A DNA stretch of 64,000 nucleotides from Dehalococcoidia bacterium (GTDB taxonomy: Bacteria > Chloroflexota > Dehalococcoidia > Bin125). How positions within the stretch are numbered: the stretch's first letter is position 1; each line of letters begins with the position of its first letter. A program made the translations under genes and the position numbers. Below, piece after piece: positions 27,500 through 36,703 of this stretch. The DNA is taken from positions 192,001 to 256,000 of the forward strand of contig CAXXNO010000006.1 of assembly GCA_963663235.2 (NCBI GenBank), read 5' to 3'. The notes beneath the pieces were generated by a model that saw only the letters and a list, made by a program, of their open reading frames with translations, searched no databases and was not told the origin of the DNA.

Positions 27500-28522
27500 A
27501 TGGTCATCGTGATGAGCACGGACGCCGCCGAGCAAGACGTGCAGCAGGTGCTGGACCGGCTGGGCGAGCACGGCTGCCGCGGTGAGCTCACCGTGGGAGT
27601 GGAGCGCACGATCATCACGGTCGTAGGGCCGCGGCCAGCGGCCCTGCAAGAGGAGATCCGCACGCTCCCGCACGTCGAGAGCGTGGTGCTGCTGAGCAAG
27701 TCCTACGAGCGCGCCGGCCGGGAGAGCCAGCCCGAGGGCACGGTGGTGGCGATCGGTGAGGCGCGCGTTGGGGACGGCGGCATCGCCATCGTGGCCGGGC
27801 CGGGGGCGGTCGAATCGCAGGCCGAGCTGCTGGCGCTGGCCCAGTCGCTGAAGGAGCGTGGCGTCACGCTGCTCCGAGGCGGCGCGATGCGGCCAAGCCA
27901 GTCGCCCTACGCCTTCCGCGGCCTGGGAGAAGAGGGGTTGCGCTACCTGGCCGAGGCCGGCGGCGCGAGTGGTCTGGGCGTCGTCAGCGAAGTTCCGAGC
28001 GTCGACAACGTGGCGATCGTCGCCGCTTACGTCGACGTGTTGGAGATCGGGCCGTTCAACATGCACAACCACGGACTGCTGGAGGCGGCGGCGGCGACCG
28101 GCAAGCCGATCCTGCTGCACCGGGGCCTCTCGGCCACCGTGGACGAGTGGCTGTTGAGCGCGGAGTACGTCCTGAACGCCGGCAACCCGCAGGTCATCCT
28201 CTGCGAGTCCGGTATCCGCACATTCGATCCCACCACACCGGCGACGCTGGACGTGAGCGCCGTGCCGGTGTTGAAGGAGCTAACCCACCTACCGGTCATC
28301 GTGGATCCGGCGCACAGCGCCGGCCGGGCCGATCTGGTCGCGCCGCTGGCGCTGGCCGCCGTGGCCGCGGGAGCGGACGGGCTGGCGATCCACGTGCACC
28401 CGCAGCCGGGGCATGCGCTAGTCGACGGAGCGCAGTCGCTGGGGCCGGAGCCGTACGGGGAGTTGATCACGCGCTTGCGCACGCTGGCCGCCGCGCTGGA
28501 GCGTCCTTTGTGCTTCGCCTAG
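27500..28522 (+). CDS. type I-beta DAHP synthase homologue with N-terminal regulatory domain; catalytically degenerate
   Basis: Full-length similarity to AroF-type enzymes (RGGA..P..SPY, GIRTF, DGAQSL) with key residues replaced. Confidence 0.88.
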   Translation: MVIVMSTDAAEQDVQQVLDRLGEHGCRGELTVGVERTIITVVGPRPAALQEEIRTLPHVESVVLLSKSYERAGRESQPEGTVVAIGEARVGDGGIAIVAGPGAVESQAELLALAQSLKERGVTLLRGGAMRPSQSPYAFRGLGEEGLRYLAEAGGASGLGVVSEVPSVDNVAIVAAYVDVLEIGPFNMHNHGLLEAAAATGKPILLHRGLSATVDEWLLSAEYVLNAGNPQVILCESGIRTFDPTTPATLDVSAVPVLKELTHLPVIVDPAHSAGRADLVAPLALAAVAAGADGLAIHVHPQPGHALVDGAQSLGPEPYGELITRLRTLAAALERPLCFA

Positions 28523-28600
28523 GCTGGAGCCGTCCATCCGCCCTCTTTGGGCAGGATGGACGGTGAACCGGGACCGACCACGGGGAGAGAAGGGTTCCGA

Positions 28601-28885
28601 ATGAGCGTGACCGTACGCATCCCGACGCCGCTCCGTAAGATCACCAAAGAGCAAGACCTGGTCACGGCGAAAGCAGGGCAGTTGGCGGCGGTGATCGATG
28701 AGCTGGAACACGCGTACCCGGGACTGGGCGAACGGATCGTGGACGAGCAGGGCGAGATCCGCCGGTTCGTCAACGTGTTCGTGAACGGCGAGGACGTGCG
28801 CTTCCTGAACGGTCTGCGCACCACCGTCCAGGCCGGCGACGAGGTCAGCATTGTGCCGGCGGTGGCCGGTGGAGCCGCGCGATGA
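28601..28885 (+). CDS. MoaD/ThiS/CysO ubiquitin-like sulfur carrier
   Basis: VRIPTPLR...RRFVNVFVNGEDVRFL.GL.T...IVPAVAGG-AAR. Confidence 0.92.
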   Translation: MSVTVRIPTPLRKITKEQDLVTAKAGQLAAVIDELEHAYPGLGERIVDEQGEIRRFVNVFVNGEDVRFLNGLRTTVQAGDEVSIVPAVAGGAAR

Positions 28886-29655
28886 TCCGCGTGGAGCGCG
28901 AGGGACGGGTGGTGCTCCTCACGCTGGACCGGCCGGAGCGGCTCAACGCCCTCACGCCCGACATGTTCGACGACCTGACCCGCTTTTGGGAGGAGTTCGA
29001 GCAGGATGACGCTGCCCACGTCGCGATCGTGACCGGGGCGGGGCGTGCGTTCTGTTCGGGACGTGATCTGGTGCGCAAGGACGCGCTGGATGACGAGCGA
29101 GCGCGAACCGTGTCAGCGGACCCCGATGCTGCTTTTGGGGCAGACCGCACGTCGAAGCCGGTGATCGCGGCGATCAACGGCTGGTGTTTGGCGGGCGGGT
29201 TCGCGCTGGCGCTGGCGTGCGACCTGCGGATCATGGCGGAGAATGCCCGCATCGGGAGCCTGGCGCCGCGGCGGGGGCTGGTCTCGGGCAGCGGGCAGGC
29301 GCAGCGCGTGGTGCGCTACGTGCCGTTCGCGGCGGGCCTGGAGCTGCTGCTGCGCGGAAACCACATCGACGCCGAGGAGGCGTACCGGATCGGGCTGGTC
29401 AACGCGGTGAGGCCGAAGGACGAGGTGCTGCCGACGGCGCACGCCTGGGCCGAAGAGATCGCCTCCAACGCTCCGCTGGCCGTCCGGGCCAACAAGCGAG
29501 CGGCCTACGACGGAGGCCTCAACGCGAACGGTGCGTTCGACGCGGGCAGCCGCATCGAACGGCAGTTGTACGACGACGTGCTGCACTCGGAGGACGTGCA
29601 AGAGGGAGTGCAGGCGTTCGCCGAGGGGCGGCCGCCGGTCTTTCGGGGGCGCTGA
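28882..29655 (+). CDS. enoyl-CoA hydratase/isomerase
   Basis: RAFCSGRDL and KPVIAAINGWCLAGG. Confidence 0.93.
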   Translation: MIRVEREGRVVLLTLDRPERLNALTPDMFDDLTRFWEEFEQDDAAHVAIVTGAGRAFCSGRDLVRKDALDDERARTVSADPDAAFGADRTSKPVIAAINGWCLAGGFALALACDLRIMAENARIGSLAPRRGLVSGSGQAQRVVRYVPFAAGLELLLRGNHIDAEEAYRIGLVNAVRPKDEVLPTAHAWAEEIASNAPLAVRANKRAAYDGGLNANGAFDAGSRIERQLYDDVLHSEDVQEGVQAFAEGRPPVFRGR

Positions 29656-29672
29656 GCGCGAGGGGCGGCCGG

Positions 29673-30485
29673 CTAGCCGGCTTCCTCCGGCTGCGGGATG
29701 AACAGCAGCTGGTCCACGAGGATCGTGTCGAACTCGTCCATCCCGTTGGCATCCATGATCTCCTCGACCGTGACGCCGTAGGTGATGGCGAGGTCGTAGA
29801 GCGTGTCGCCCTGCACGACCTGGTAGACGATGTTGTTCTCATCCCCGCGCGGCGCATCCACCACGTCGATGGGGCGGGTGAGGACGGGCTGGGGATTGCT
29901 CGGTGTCTCCACGACGATCGGGGCGGAATCCGCCTGGCCCAATTGGGAAGCGGAGACGGTCTCCGCGAGCGGGGGGACCGCGGTGGCATCCGTGGAGGGG
30001 GCGGCCGGGGGAGCGACCGGGACCGCGAAGTCCAGCGCCTCGGTCGATTGAGGGGCGATGGACGCGACCGGCGGGGCGTCGTCGCCGTCGCCGCCACCGA
30101 TGGCACCGCCGATGAAGATCACGAGCGCCAGCAGCCCTGTGAGCCCGGCGATGGCCGCCACGTGAACGGAGCCGGGCATGATCCAGCGACCGTTGGCATC
30201 GGGTCCGGGCAGGCCCAGCACGAGCAGGCGGGAGACGCCGCCACCCGTTTTGCCAAACGGCGAGCGGTTGGGCTTGTGGAACGGGGAGGCGCCCTGGGCG
30301 GAGACGGAGACGGCGCCGACCATGGCGGCTCCGTCCAGCCACCAGGCCAGCGCTCCGGCGGCGATGCTGAGCATCGCAAAGGCCAGCAACCAAGCGCCCG
30401 GGCCGGGCCAGCCCACGCCGAAGATGATGAGGAAGAGGAAGGTCCCGGTGGCGAACAGGGCGGCGGTCTTGGGGTCGAGCCGCAT
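29673..30485 (-). CDS. membrane protein with C-terminal LysM domain
   Basis: YQVVQGDTLYDLAITYGVTVEEIMDANG...L.IP; N-terminal TM helices. Confidence 0.88.
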   Translation of the reverse strand: MRLDPKTAALFATGTFLFLIIFGVGWPGPGAWLLAFAMLSIAAGALAWWLDGAAMVGAVSVSAQGASPFHKPNRSPFGKTGGGVSRLLVLGLPGPDANGRWIMPGSVHVAAIAGLTGLLALVIFIGGAIGGGDGDDAPPVASIAPQSTEALDFAVPVAPPAAPSTDATAVPPLAETVSASQLGQADSAPIVVETPSNPQPVLTRPIDVVDAPRGDENNIVYQVVQGDTLYDLAITYGVTVEEIMDANGMDEFDTILVDQLLFIPQPEEAG

Positions 30486-30618
30486 GCTAGGCCCTCCTTG
30501 CGAGGGCCCCGCCACCAGTGTGATCACTCTAGCCGATGGGTCTCTGCACGCAAGCACGCAAAGCGACCCAACGACTGGCCTAGAATACGGACGGCGACGA
30601 GAGGCGAAGGGAGGGGCC

Positions 30619-30990
30619 ATGCCGATCTTCATCGCGCTGGGGACCGTGACCACGCAAGGGATGCAGAACCTCGATCACCTCGTGGCCCGACACGACGAGG
30701 CGGTGAAGCGGGTCAAGGTGCTGGGGGGCCGCGTCTTAAGCTCGTATGCGGTCATGGGGCAGTACGACTTTATCGTCACCCTGGACTGCCCGGACATCGA
30801 GACGGCCATGCGGGTGCTGAGCCGCGAGGCGGGCGGGGGCAATATCAAGTACGAGACGATGCCCGCCCTGGCGACGCGTGACTTCGCCCGGCTGTTCCTC
30901 CCGGAGTCGGACCTGGCCGACGAGCGTACGGTGCTGCGCATGGGGCGACGGGGGCGGAAGGCCACGAAACGGCCACGCAAGAGCAGCTAG
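30619..30990 (+). CDS. GYD-domain protein with basic tail
   Basis: MGQYD motif; GGAGG RBS. Confidence 0.85.
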   Translation: MPIFIALGTVTTQGMQNLDHLVARHDEAVKRVKVLGGRVLSSYAVMGQYDFIVTLDCPDIETAMRVLSREAGGGNIKYETMPALATRDFARLFLPESDLADERTVLRMGRRGRKATKRPRKSS

Positions 30991-31094
30991 GCGGCCGCCG
31001 GCCGGCTCCGCCGTCCCGGGTCCCGGTTGGGCTCCCCTAAGGGTTTTTGCTATGCTTGGCCGCGTCCCGTTGTGTATACCCAAGGCTGGAAACG

Positions 31095-31865
31095 GTGATT
31101 CATACGGCGACCACCCGCCGTCACACGGTCCGGTTCAGCCGCGAGGTGCTGTTGATCGGCGCCGCATACGGCGCCTACCACTTGGTGCGCACCATCTCCG
31201 CCGGCAAGGTGGACGACGCGTTTGCGAACGCGAACATCATCGTCCGGATCGAGCAGAGCCTGGGCATCTTCGTGGAGTTGCCGATCCAAGTGGCGATGCT
31301 CAGTTACGATGTTCTCGTCCAATTCTTCAGCCTGTGGTACTTCTGGGGGCACTTCCCGCTGCTTATAGGGTTCGCGGTGTGGGCGTACTTCCGGCACGCA
31401 AGTGACTATCGCTGGACGCGCAACGCCATCTTCATCGCCGGGGCGCTGGCCCTCATCGGCTACCTGGTCTTTCCGGTTGCGCCGCCGCGGTTGCTGCCGG
31501 CGTCCGGTTTCGTGGACACGTTGCGGGGCGTGTTCGTGCTCCAATACAGCGACTCGGCGCTTGTCAACCAGTTCGCCGCGATGCCCAGCATGCACCAAGG
31601 GTTCAGCCTGATCATCGGCGTCACGCTGTACAAGATCCTCGGCGGCCGGAAGGGGCTCATGGCCGCGGCGGTGATCCCGGCGCTGATGCTGATCAGCATT
31701 GTGGCGACGGGGAATCACTATTTCCTGGACGCGCTCTTGGGCGTTCCCGTCGCGATCGTGGGAATGCTACTGGCGGGCCGGTTGGCGCGGTTCAAGCCTC
31801 GGCTGCCGGCGCTTGTGGAGCGATGGCGGCACCCGGGCGACCGTGGATCGGCCGCGCATGCTTGA
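31095..31865 (+). CDS. PAP2_3 / AUR1-IPT1-like membrane phosphotransferase
   Basis: FPVAPPRL, NQFAAMPSMH, ATGNHYFLD; start approximate. Confidence 0.88.
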   Translation: MIHTATTRRHTVRFSREVLLIGAAYGAYHLVRTISAGKVDDAFANANIIVRIEQSLGIFVELPIQVAMLSYDVLVQFFSLWYFWGHFPLLIGFAVWAYFRHASDYRWTRNAIFIAGALALIGYLVFPVAPPRLLPASGFVDTLRGVFVLQYSDSALVNQFAAMPSMHQGFSLIIGVTLYKILGGRKGLMAAAVIPALMLISIVATGNHYFLDALLGVPVAIVGMLLAGRLARFKPRLPALVERWRHPGDRGSAAHA

Positions 31866-31973
31866 GCGGATCGGGGCGGCGTCCAGACGCCTGCGTCCCT
31901 CCGGCGCAGGCGTAGATTTGGGCGCAGGACGCCGCAGCCTCGGGGCTGGTCGGCTGCAGAAACGGGGACGGTC

Positions 31974-33254
31974 ATGACGGAGGCGCAGGACATGTCCGCC
32001 TCGGTGAGCGAGGATCTGGCCGACCTCGCGCTGGACGAGATCGAAGGGCCCCAAGGCCGCCCGCGGACTACGGACGTCTTTGAACGGCTGCGCGACTTCC
32101 GCCTGCCGGACCAAGCCCGCGCGGTGGGGCTGTACCCGTTCTTCATCCCCATCGACGTGAACGAGGGCACGGAGGCCGTCATCGATGGGAAGCGCGTGCT
32201 CATGCTGGGCTCGAACAACTACCTGGGGCTCACGCGGCATCCGAAAGTGCTGGAGGCCGCCAAAGCGGCGCTGGAGAAGTACGGCCCGTCGATGACGGGG
32301 TCGCGCCTATTGAACGGCACGAGCGTGATCCACGAGCAACTCGAGGAGCGCATCGCGAGCTTCCTGGGCCACGAAGCAGCGTTGATCTTCACGACCGGCT
32401 ACCAGGCCAACCTCTGCGTCATCTCGGCGCTGATCGAGCGCGGGGGCAGCGTGGTCATCGACAAGATGGATCACGCGAGCATCTACGACGCGGCGGCGAT
32501 GTCGCAGGGGCAATCCGTGCGCTTCCGGCACAACGACCCCGCGCACCTGGAGGAAGTCTTGAGCGGCCTCCCGAAGGACGCGGGCCGACTGGTGGTGGTG
32601 GACGGCGTCTACTCGATGGGCGGTGACATTGCGCCGTTACCGGAGATCGTCGACGTGTGCCGCCGTCAGCAGACCCGACTGGTGGTGGACGATGCCCATG
32701 CGATCGGCACGATGGGGGAGCGGGGCACGGGCACGCCCAGCCACTTCAACATCCAGGAGGGTGTGGACCTGGTGGTCGGCACGTTCAGCAAGTCGCTGGC
32801 GTCGGTGGGGGGATTCTGCACCGGGCCGGGGTACGTGCTGGAACACATCAAGCACTTCGCCCGGCCGATGATTTTCACGGCCTCGCCGCCGCCGGCGTCC
32901 GTCGCGGCGGCGATGGCGGCGATCGAGTGCATGGAGGAGGAGCCCTGGCGGGTGGAGCGGGTCAAAGAGATCGGCGGGCGGGTGCGGGCGGCCCTGCGGG
33001 AGATGCAGTTCAACATCGGCACGACGGAGACACCCATCATCCCGATCGTCGTCGGCAGCGAGCTGAAGACCGGGATGTTCTGGCGCGACCTGATGGACCA
33101 CGGCATCTACACCAACGCGGTGATCGTGCCGGCCGTGCCGCGGGGCCAGTCCTCCCTGCGGACCTCATACATGGCAACGCACAGCGACGAACAGATCGAC
33201 CGGGCGTTGGATCTGTTCGGTGAGCTGGGGCGAAAACACGGCATCATCCCCTAA
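31974..33254 (+). CDS. alpha-oxoamine synthase, serine palmitoyltransferase-like
   Basis: GLYPFF, GSNNYLGLT, GSRLLNGT, DHASI, DDAH, GTFSKS (PLP lysine). Confidence 0.85.
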   Translation: MTEAQDMSASVSEDLADLALDEIEGPQGRPRTTDVFERLRDFRLPDQARAVGLYPFFIPIDVNEGTEAVIDGKRVLMLGSNNYLGLTRHPKVLEAAKAALEKYGPSMTGSRLLNGTSVIHEQLEERIASFLGHEAALIFTTGYQANLCVISALIERGGSVVIDKMDHASIYDAAAMSQGQSVRFRHNDPAHLEEVLSGLPKDAGRLVVVDGVYSMGGDIAPLPEIVDVCRRQQTRLVVDDAHAIGTMGERGTGTPSHFNIQEGVDLVVGTFSKSLASVGGFCTGPGYVLEHIKHFARPMIFTASPPPASVAAAMAAIECMEEEPWRVERVKEIGGRVRAALREMQFNIGTTETPIIPIVVGSELKTGMFWRDLMDHGIYTNAVIVPAVPRGQSSLRTSYMATHSDEQIDRALDLFGELGRKHGIIP

Positions 33255-33260
33255 ACCTGC

Positions 33261-34235
33261 ATGCGAGTCCTGCTGACGGGCGCCAGCGGCTTTATCGGCG
33301 GACACACAGCGCGCGCGCTGGTGGCCGCGGAGCACGACGTGCGAGCGCTGGTGCGCCCTACGAGCGACCGCGCGGGGCTGGTCGATCTCCCGATTGAGCG
33401 GGCGGTGGGCGATCTCAGCGGCGCCGGCCTCGCGGCCGCGTGCAGGGACCGCGAGGCGGTGATCCACGTCGCCGGTCTGACCAAGGCGCGTGACGAAGCC
33501 GAGTACCAGCGGATCAATTGCGAGGGCACCGCGCAACTGGCGAGCGCCGCCGCCAGTGCGGGCGTGCGGCGCTTCCTGTACGTCTCCTCGCTGGCGGCGC
33601 ACGGACCCGTCTCGACGGAGCAGTATCGCGATCCGGGCGAGCCGTGCCGTCCCGTCTCCCCGTACGGCCGCTCCAAAGCCGCCGGCGAAGCGGCCGCGCT
33701 GGCGCTGCGTGATCAGATGGCGGTGCAGGTGCTGCGTCCCAGCGTGGTCTACGGACCAGGGGACCGCGGCCTATTGCCATTCTTCCGGATGGCCCGTCTC
33801 CGCCTGATCCCGGTGATCGGGCGCGGGGAGAACCGGATTTCCTTCATCTACGCCACCGACCTGGTGGAGGGGATCACGGCCCTGCTGGCGCACGAGCCGG
33901 ACGGATCGCCGTATTTCCACATCGCGGACGCGGAAGGGCCGTACACGTGGCGGCAGTTGGTGGGGGCGCTCTCCGTAGCGGTAGGACGGTCGGTAGCAGT
34001 CGTGCCGGCGCCGGCGCTGGGCTTCAGCGCCGCGGCGGTGCTGATGGAGGGAGTGGCCAAAGTGGTGCGCCGACCGGCGCTCCTCGATCGGGGCAAAGTA
34101 GCGGAGATGAAGCAGCGCGCGTGGGCCTGCGACAGCGCCGCGCTGACGGCCACGACCGGCTGGACGCCGCGGACGCCGCTGGCAGCCGGCTTGCGCGACA
34201 CGGTGGAGTGGTATCGCCAGCACGGCTGGCTGTAG
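33261..34235 (+). CDS. NAD-dependent epimerase/dehydratase family reductase
   Basis: TGASGFIG, SSLAAHGP, YGRSK, VYGPGD. Confidence 0.92.
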   Translation: MRVLLTGASGFIGGHTARALVAAEHDVRALVRPTSDRAGLVDLPIERAVGDLSGAGLAAACRDREAVIHVAGLTKARDEAEYQRINCEGTAQLASAAASAGVRRFLYVSSLAAHGPVSTEQYRDPGEPCRPVSPYGRSKAAGEAAALALRDQMAVQVLRPSVVYGPGDRGLLPFFRMARLRLIPVIGRGENRISFIYATDLVEGITALLAHEPDGSPYFHIADAEGPYTWRQLVGALSVAVGRSVAVVPAPALGFSAAAVLMEGVAKVVRRPALLDRGKVAEMKQRAWACDSAALTATTGWTPRTPLAAGLRDTVEWYRQHGWL

Positions 34236-34237
34236 CG

Positions 34238-34837
34238 ATGAGCGCCCGCGATGCCGGCGCATCGGGGGACCGCCCGCTGCTCTCGTTCGACCTGGACGGC
34301 GTCCTGGCTGCACCGCCGTTGGGACGCAACCTCACCATGAATCGCCGGCTCGACATGTCGCCGCCGGAGCGTGAGATCGCGCAGCGGCGGCTCTCCGCGT
34401 GGGACCGCGTGCTCATGGCGACGTACTACCGCGTGCGCTACAGCGGGCGCGGGCCGATGCCGGGCGCGCTGGACGCCGTCGCCACGGCAGCCGAGCGTCA
34501 TCGCGTCATTCTGATCAGCGGCCGTGACCGGCGCGGGCGGCTCGCCACCGAGGCGTGGCTCGATCGACACGGCTTCCTCTCGCTGTTCGAGGACGTGCTG
34601 TTGAACGACAGCGGGCTGCCGCCCGCGGACTTCAAGTATTTGACGGCGCGCCGCTTGGGCGTGCGTCGCCATGTGGAAGACGATGCGGGAACCGCCGCGC
34701 TGCTCGCGCGCGCCGGCATCGCCGTGGACTTGATCGATTGGCCGCGGAATCGCGGGCTGACGCTGCCGCCGGGAGTGACGCGTCGGGCGGATCTGGCGGC
34801 GCTGCAACAGGCGATCGCGGCAAAGGCGGAGGCGTAA
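34238..34837 (+). CDS. HAD-superfamily phosphatase
   Basis: FDLDGVL, ISGR, FK, VEDD motifs I-IV. Confidence 0.82.
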   Translation: MSARDAGASGDRPLLSFDLDGVLAAPPLGRNLTMNRRLDMSPPEREIAQRRLSAWDRVLMATYYRVRYSGRGPMPGALDAVATAAERHRVILISGRDRRGRLATEAWLDRHGFLSLFEDVLLNDSGLPPADFKYLTARRLGVRRHVEDDAGTAALLARAGIAVDLIDWPRNRGLTLPPGVTRRADLAALQQAIAAKAEA

Positions 34838-34860
34838 GCGCTGCGTGTTACGCTCGGCGC

Positions 34861-35223
34861 ATGGCCAAGAAAGAGCGCGCATTCGCCATCCACGCACCCC
34901 CCGCGGTGATCTGGAAGACGCTGATGGGCGAGGTGGAGGAGGGCGTGCGCAGCGGTCGCGCGGTGATCGTGCATCAAGAGGCGCCCCGGCGTCTGGTGTT
35001 GGAGATCCGCCTGGGCTGGGGGTTGGCGGCCCGCTACACCTATGAGCTCTCGCTGGCGGGCGCGCACACCGAGGTCGCAGGGAGAGTGGACGCGCACGGC
35101 GTGCGCAATCGCGTCGCCCGCGTGATCACGCTCGGCCGATCCTCGACGCCGTACATGCTGGCGCTGACCCAAGGCCTGGCCAACCTCAAAGCCGCCGCCG
35201 AGGAAACCGCGAGAGAAGCGTGA
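34861..35223 (+). CDS. SRPBCC/START-like small protein
   Basis: IHAPPAVIWKTL...LANLKAAAE. Confidence 0.7.
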   Translation: MAKKERAFAIHAPPAVIWKTLMGEVEEGVRSGRAVIVHQEAPRRLVLEIRLGWGLAARYTYELSLAGAHTEVAGRVDAHGVRNRVARVITLGRSSTPYMLALTQGLANLKAAAEETAREA

Positions 35224-35313
35224 CCGGCGCGCGGCCTGTGTAGCGTTTGACTCGCCGCCGGCGTGAAGCGAACAATGGAAGCCGGAGGGGCGGGGCCGGG
35301 ACGAGGGGCGACC

Positions 35314-36657
35314 ATGCGGCGAGCGGCTCTCATCGCGGCGCTGGCGTTGCTGCTCGCCGCGACGGCGCTTTCCGCCACGCCCGTCACGCGGGCGCAATCG
35401 CTTGCACACGGCGACACTACCGGCGCATTGCGCGATAGCGTCGCGCCCGTGCGGATCAATCGGCCGCTGCAGGGGATCGTGCTGACGTGGGAAGGCGGCC
35501 GACTGGTGCGCCTGGCGGGGGCCCACATCGGCACGGGAGAGACGGCGCTGCAGACGGACGCGACGGGGCGCTTCAGCATCCCGGCGTCGATCCGCACGGA
35601 CCGGCTCAACGTCGTTGCCCCGGGTTACGCCGTGGTCCGTCGGACGACGACGGCCGATTACGCGGTAGTGCTGATGCGCCCGCTGGCCGAGGTACGCGCC
35701 ATCTATGTCCCCTACGCACAGCTCGATCGCCCGGAAGTCTTGGACTGGGTGCTGGGGCTGGCGCGCAGCCGGGTCATCACCAGTGTGGTCCTGGACATGA
35801 AGGATGACAGCGGGCAGGTGCATCCCCTGTTCGCCACGGACCTGGCGCGCCAGGCGGGGAGCGTCAAACCACTGCCCACGGACATCGACGGCTTCCTGCG
35901 GGATTTGGACGCGCTCGGCATCTACACGATTGCCCGCGTAGTCACGTTCCGCGACAGCCTCTTTGGGCGCGCGAACCCCGCGGACGCGATCCTCACCCAC
36001 GGCGGCGAAGTCATGCGGGACATCCAAGGGCTGGTCTGGACGAATCCCTTCAGCGAGACGGCGCGCCGTTACAACGTGGAGATCGCGGCCGAGATCGCCA
36101 AGCGGTTCGACGAAGTGCAGTTCGACTACGTGCGCTTCCCCGCCGACGCGGACGTCGCGGTGCGTTCCGCGACCACGAGCGAGGAGCGGTCGGCGATCAT
36201 CGGGCGGTTCCTGGCGGAGGCGGCGACGGCGATCCACGCGCAGGGCGCTGCGATCGCGGCTGACACCTTTGGGCAAACCACGCTCATCGAGCACGACGAC
36301 GGAATCGGGCAGGTCCTGGAGTTCATGGCGCCGGAGTTGGACTACTACTCGCCGATGGTCTACCCGAGCACCTGGACCACGGGGTGGTTTGGCTTGCCGT
36401 ACCCGCCCTCCGACCCATACCGCGTGGTGCTGGAAAGCGTGCGCACCGCCGTGGAGCGAATGTCGACGCTGGGAAACGTCGTCGTGCGACCCTGGCTGCA
36501 AGACTTCCACGACTACCAAGAGCAGAGTCTGCCGTACGGTGCTGCGGAGGTGCGGCTCCAGATCGAGGCCGCCGCGGAAGCGGGGGGGCAGGGCTTCATG
36601 CTGTGGGACCCCAGCCTGCAGTACCAATTGGGCGTGCTCGCAGAACTCGCCCCATAG
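35314..36657 (+). CDS. secreted putative glycoside hydrolase (DUF4015-like)
   Basis: Signal peptide; FDEVQFDYVRFP, SPMVYPS, RPWLQDF. Confidence 0.85.
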   Translation: MRRAALIAALALLLAATALSATPVTRAQSLAHGDTTGALRDSVAPVRINRPLQGIVLTWEGGRLVRLAGAHIGTGETALQTDATGRFSIPASIRTDRLNVVAPGYAVVRRTTTADYAVVLMRPLAEVRAIYVPYAQLDRPEVLDWVLGLARSRVITSVVLDMKDDSGQVHPLFATDLARQAGSVKPLPTDIDGFLRDLDALGIYTIARVVTFRDSLFGRANPADAILTHGGEVMRDIQGLVWTNPFSETARRYNVEIAAEIAKRFDEVQFDYVRFPADADVAVRSATTSEERSAIIGRFLAEAATAIHAQGAAIAADTFGQTTLIEHDDGIGQVLEFMAPELDYYSPMVYPSTWTTGWFGLPYPPSDPYRVVLESVRTAVERMSTLGNVVVRPWLQDFHDYQEQSLPYGAAEVRLQIEAAAEAGGQGFMLWDPSLQYQLGVLAELAP

Positions 36658-36703
36658 CCCAGCCTCGCAGCGACGGCCACAGCGGCGGGTGTAACCTGAG
36701 GCC

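Noticed and set aside
31974-33254. bioF or kbl assignment
   Set aside because: No biotin or threonine dehydrogenase neighbours, and motifs and context favour SPT-like; not formally excluded.
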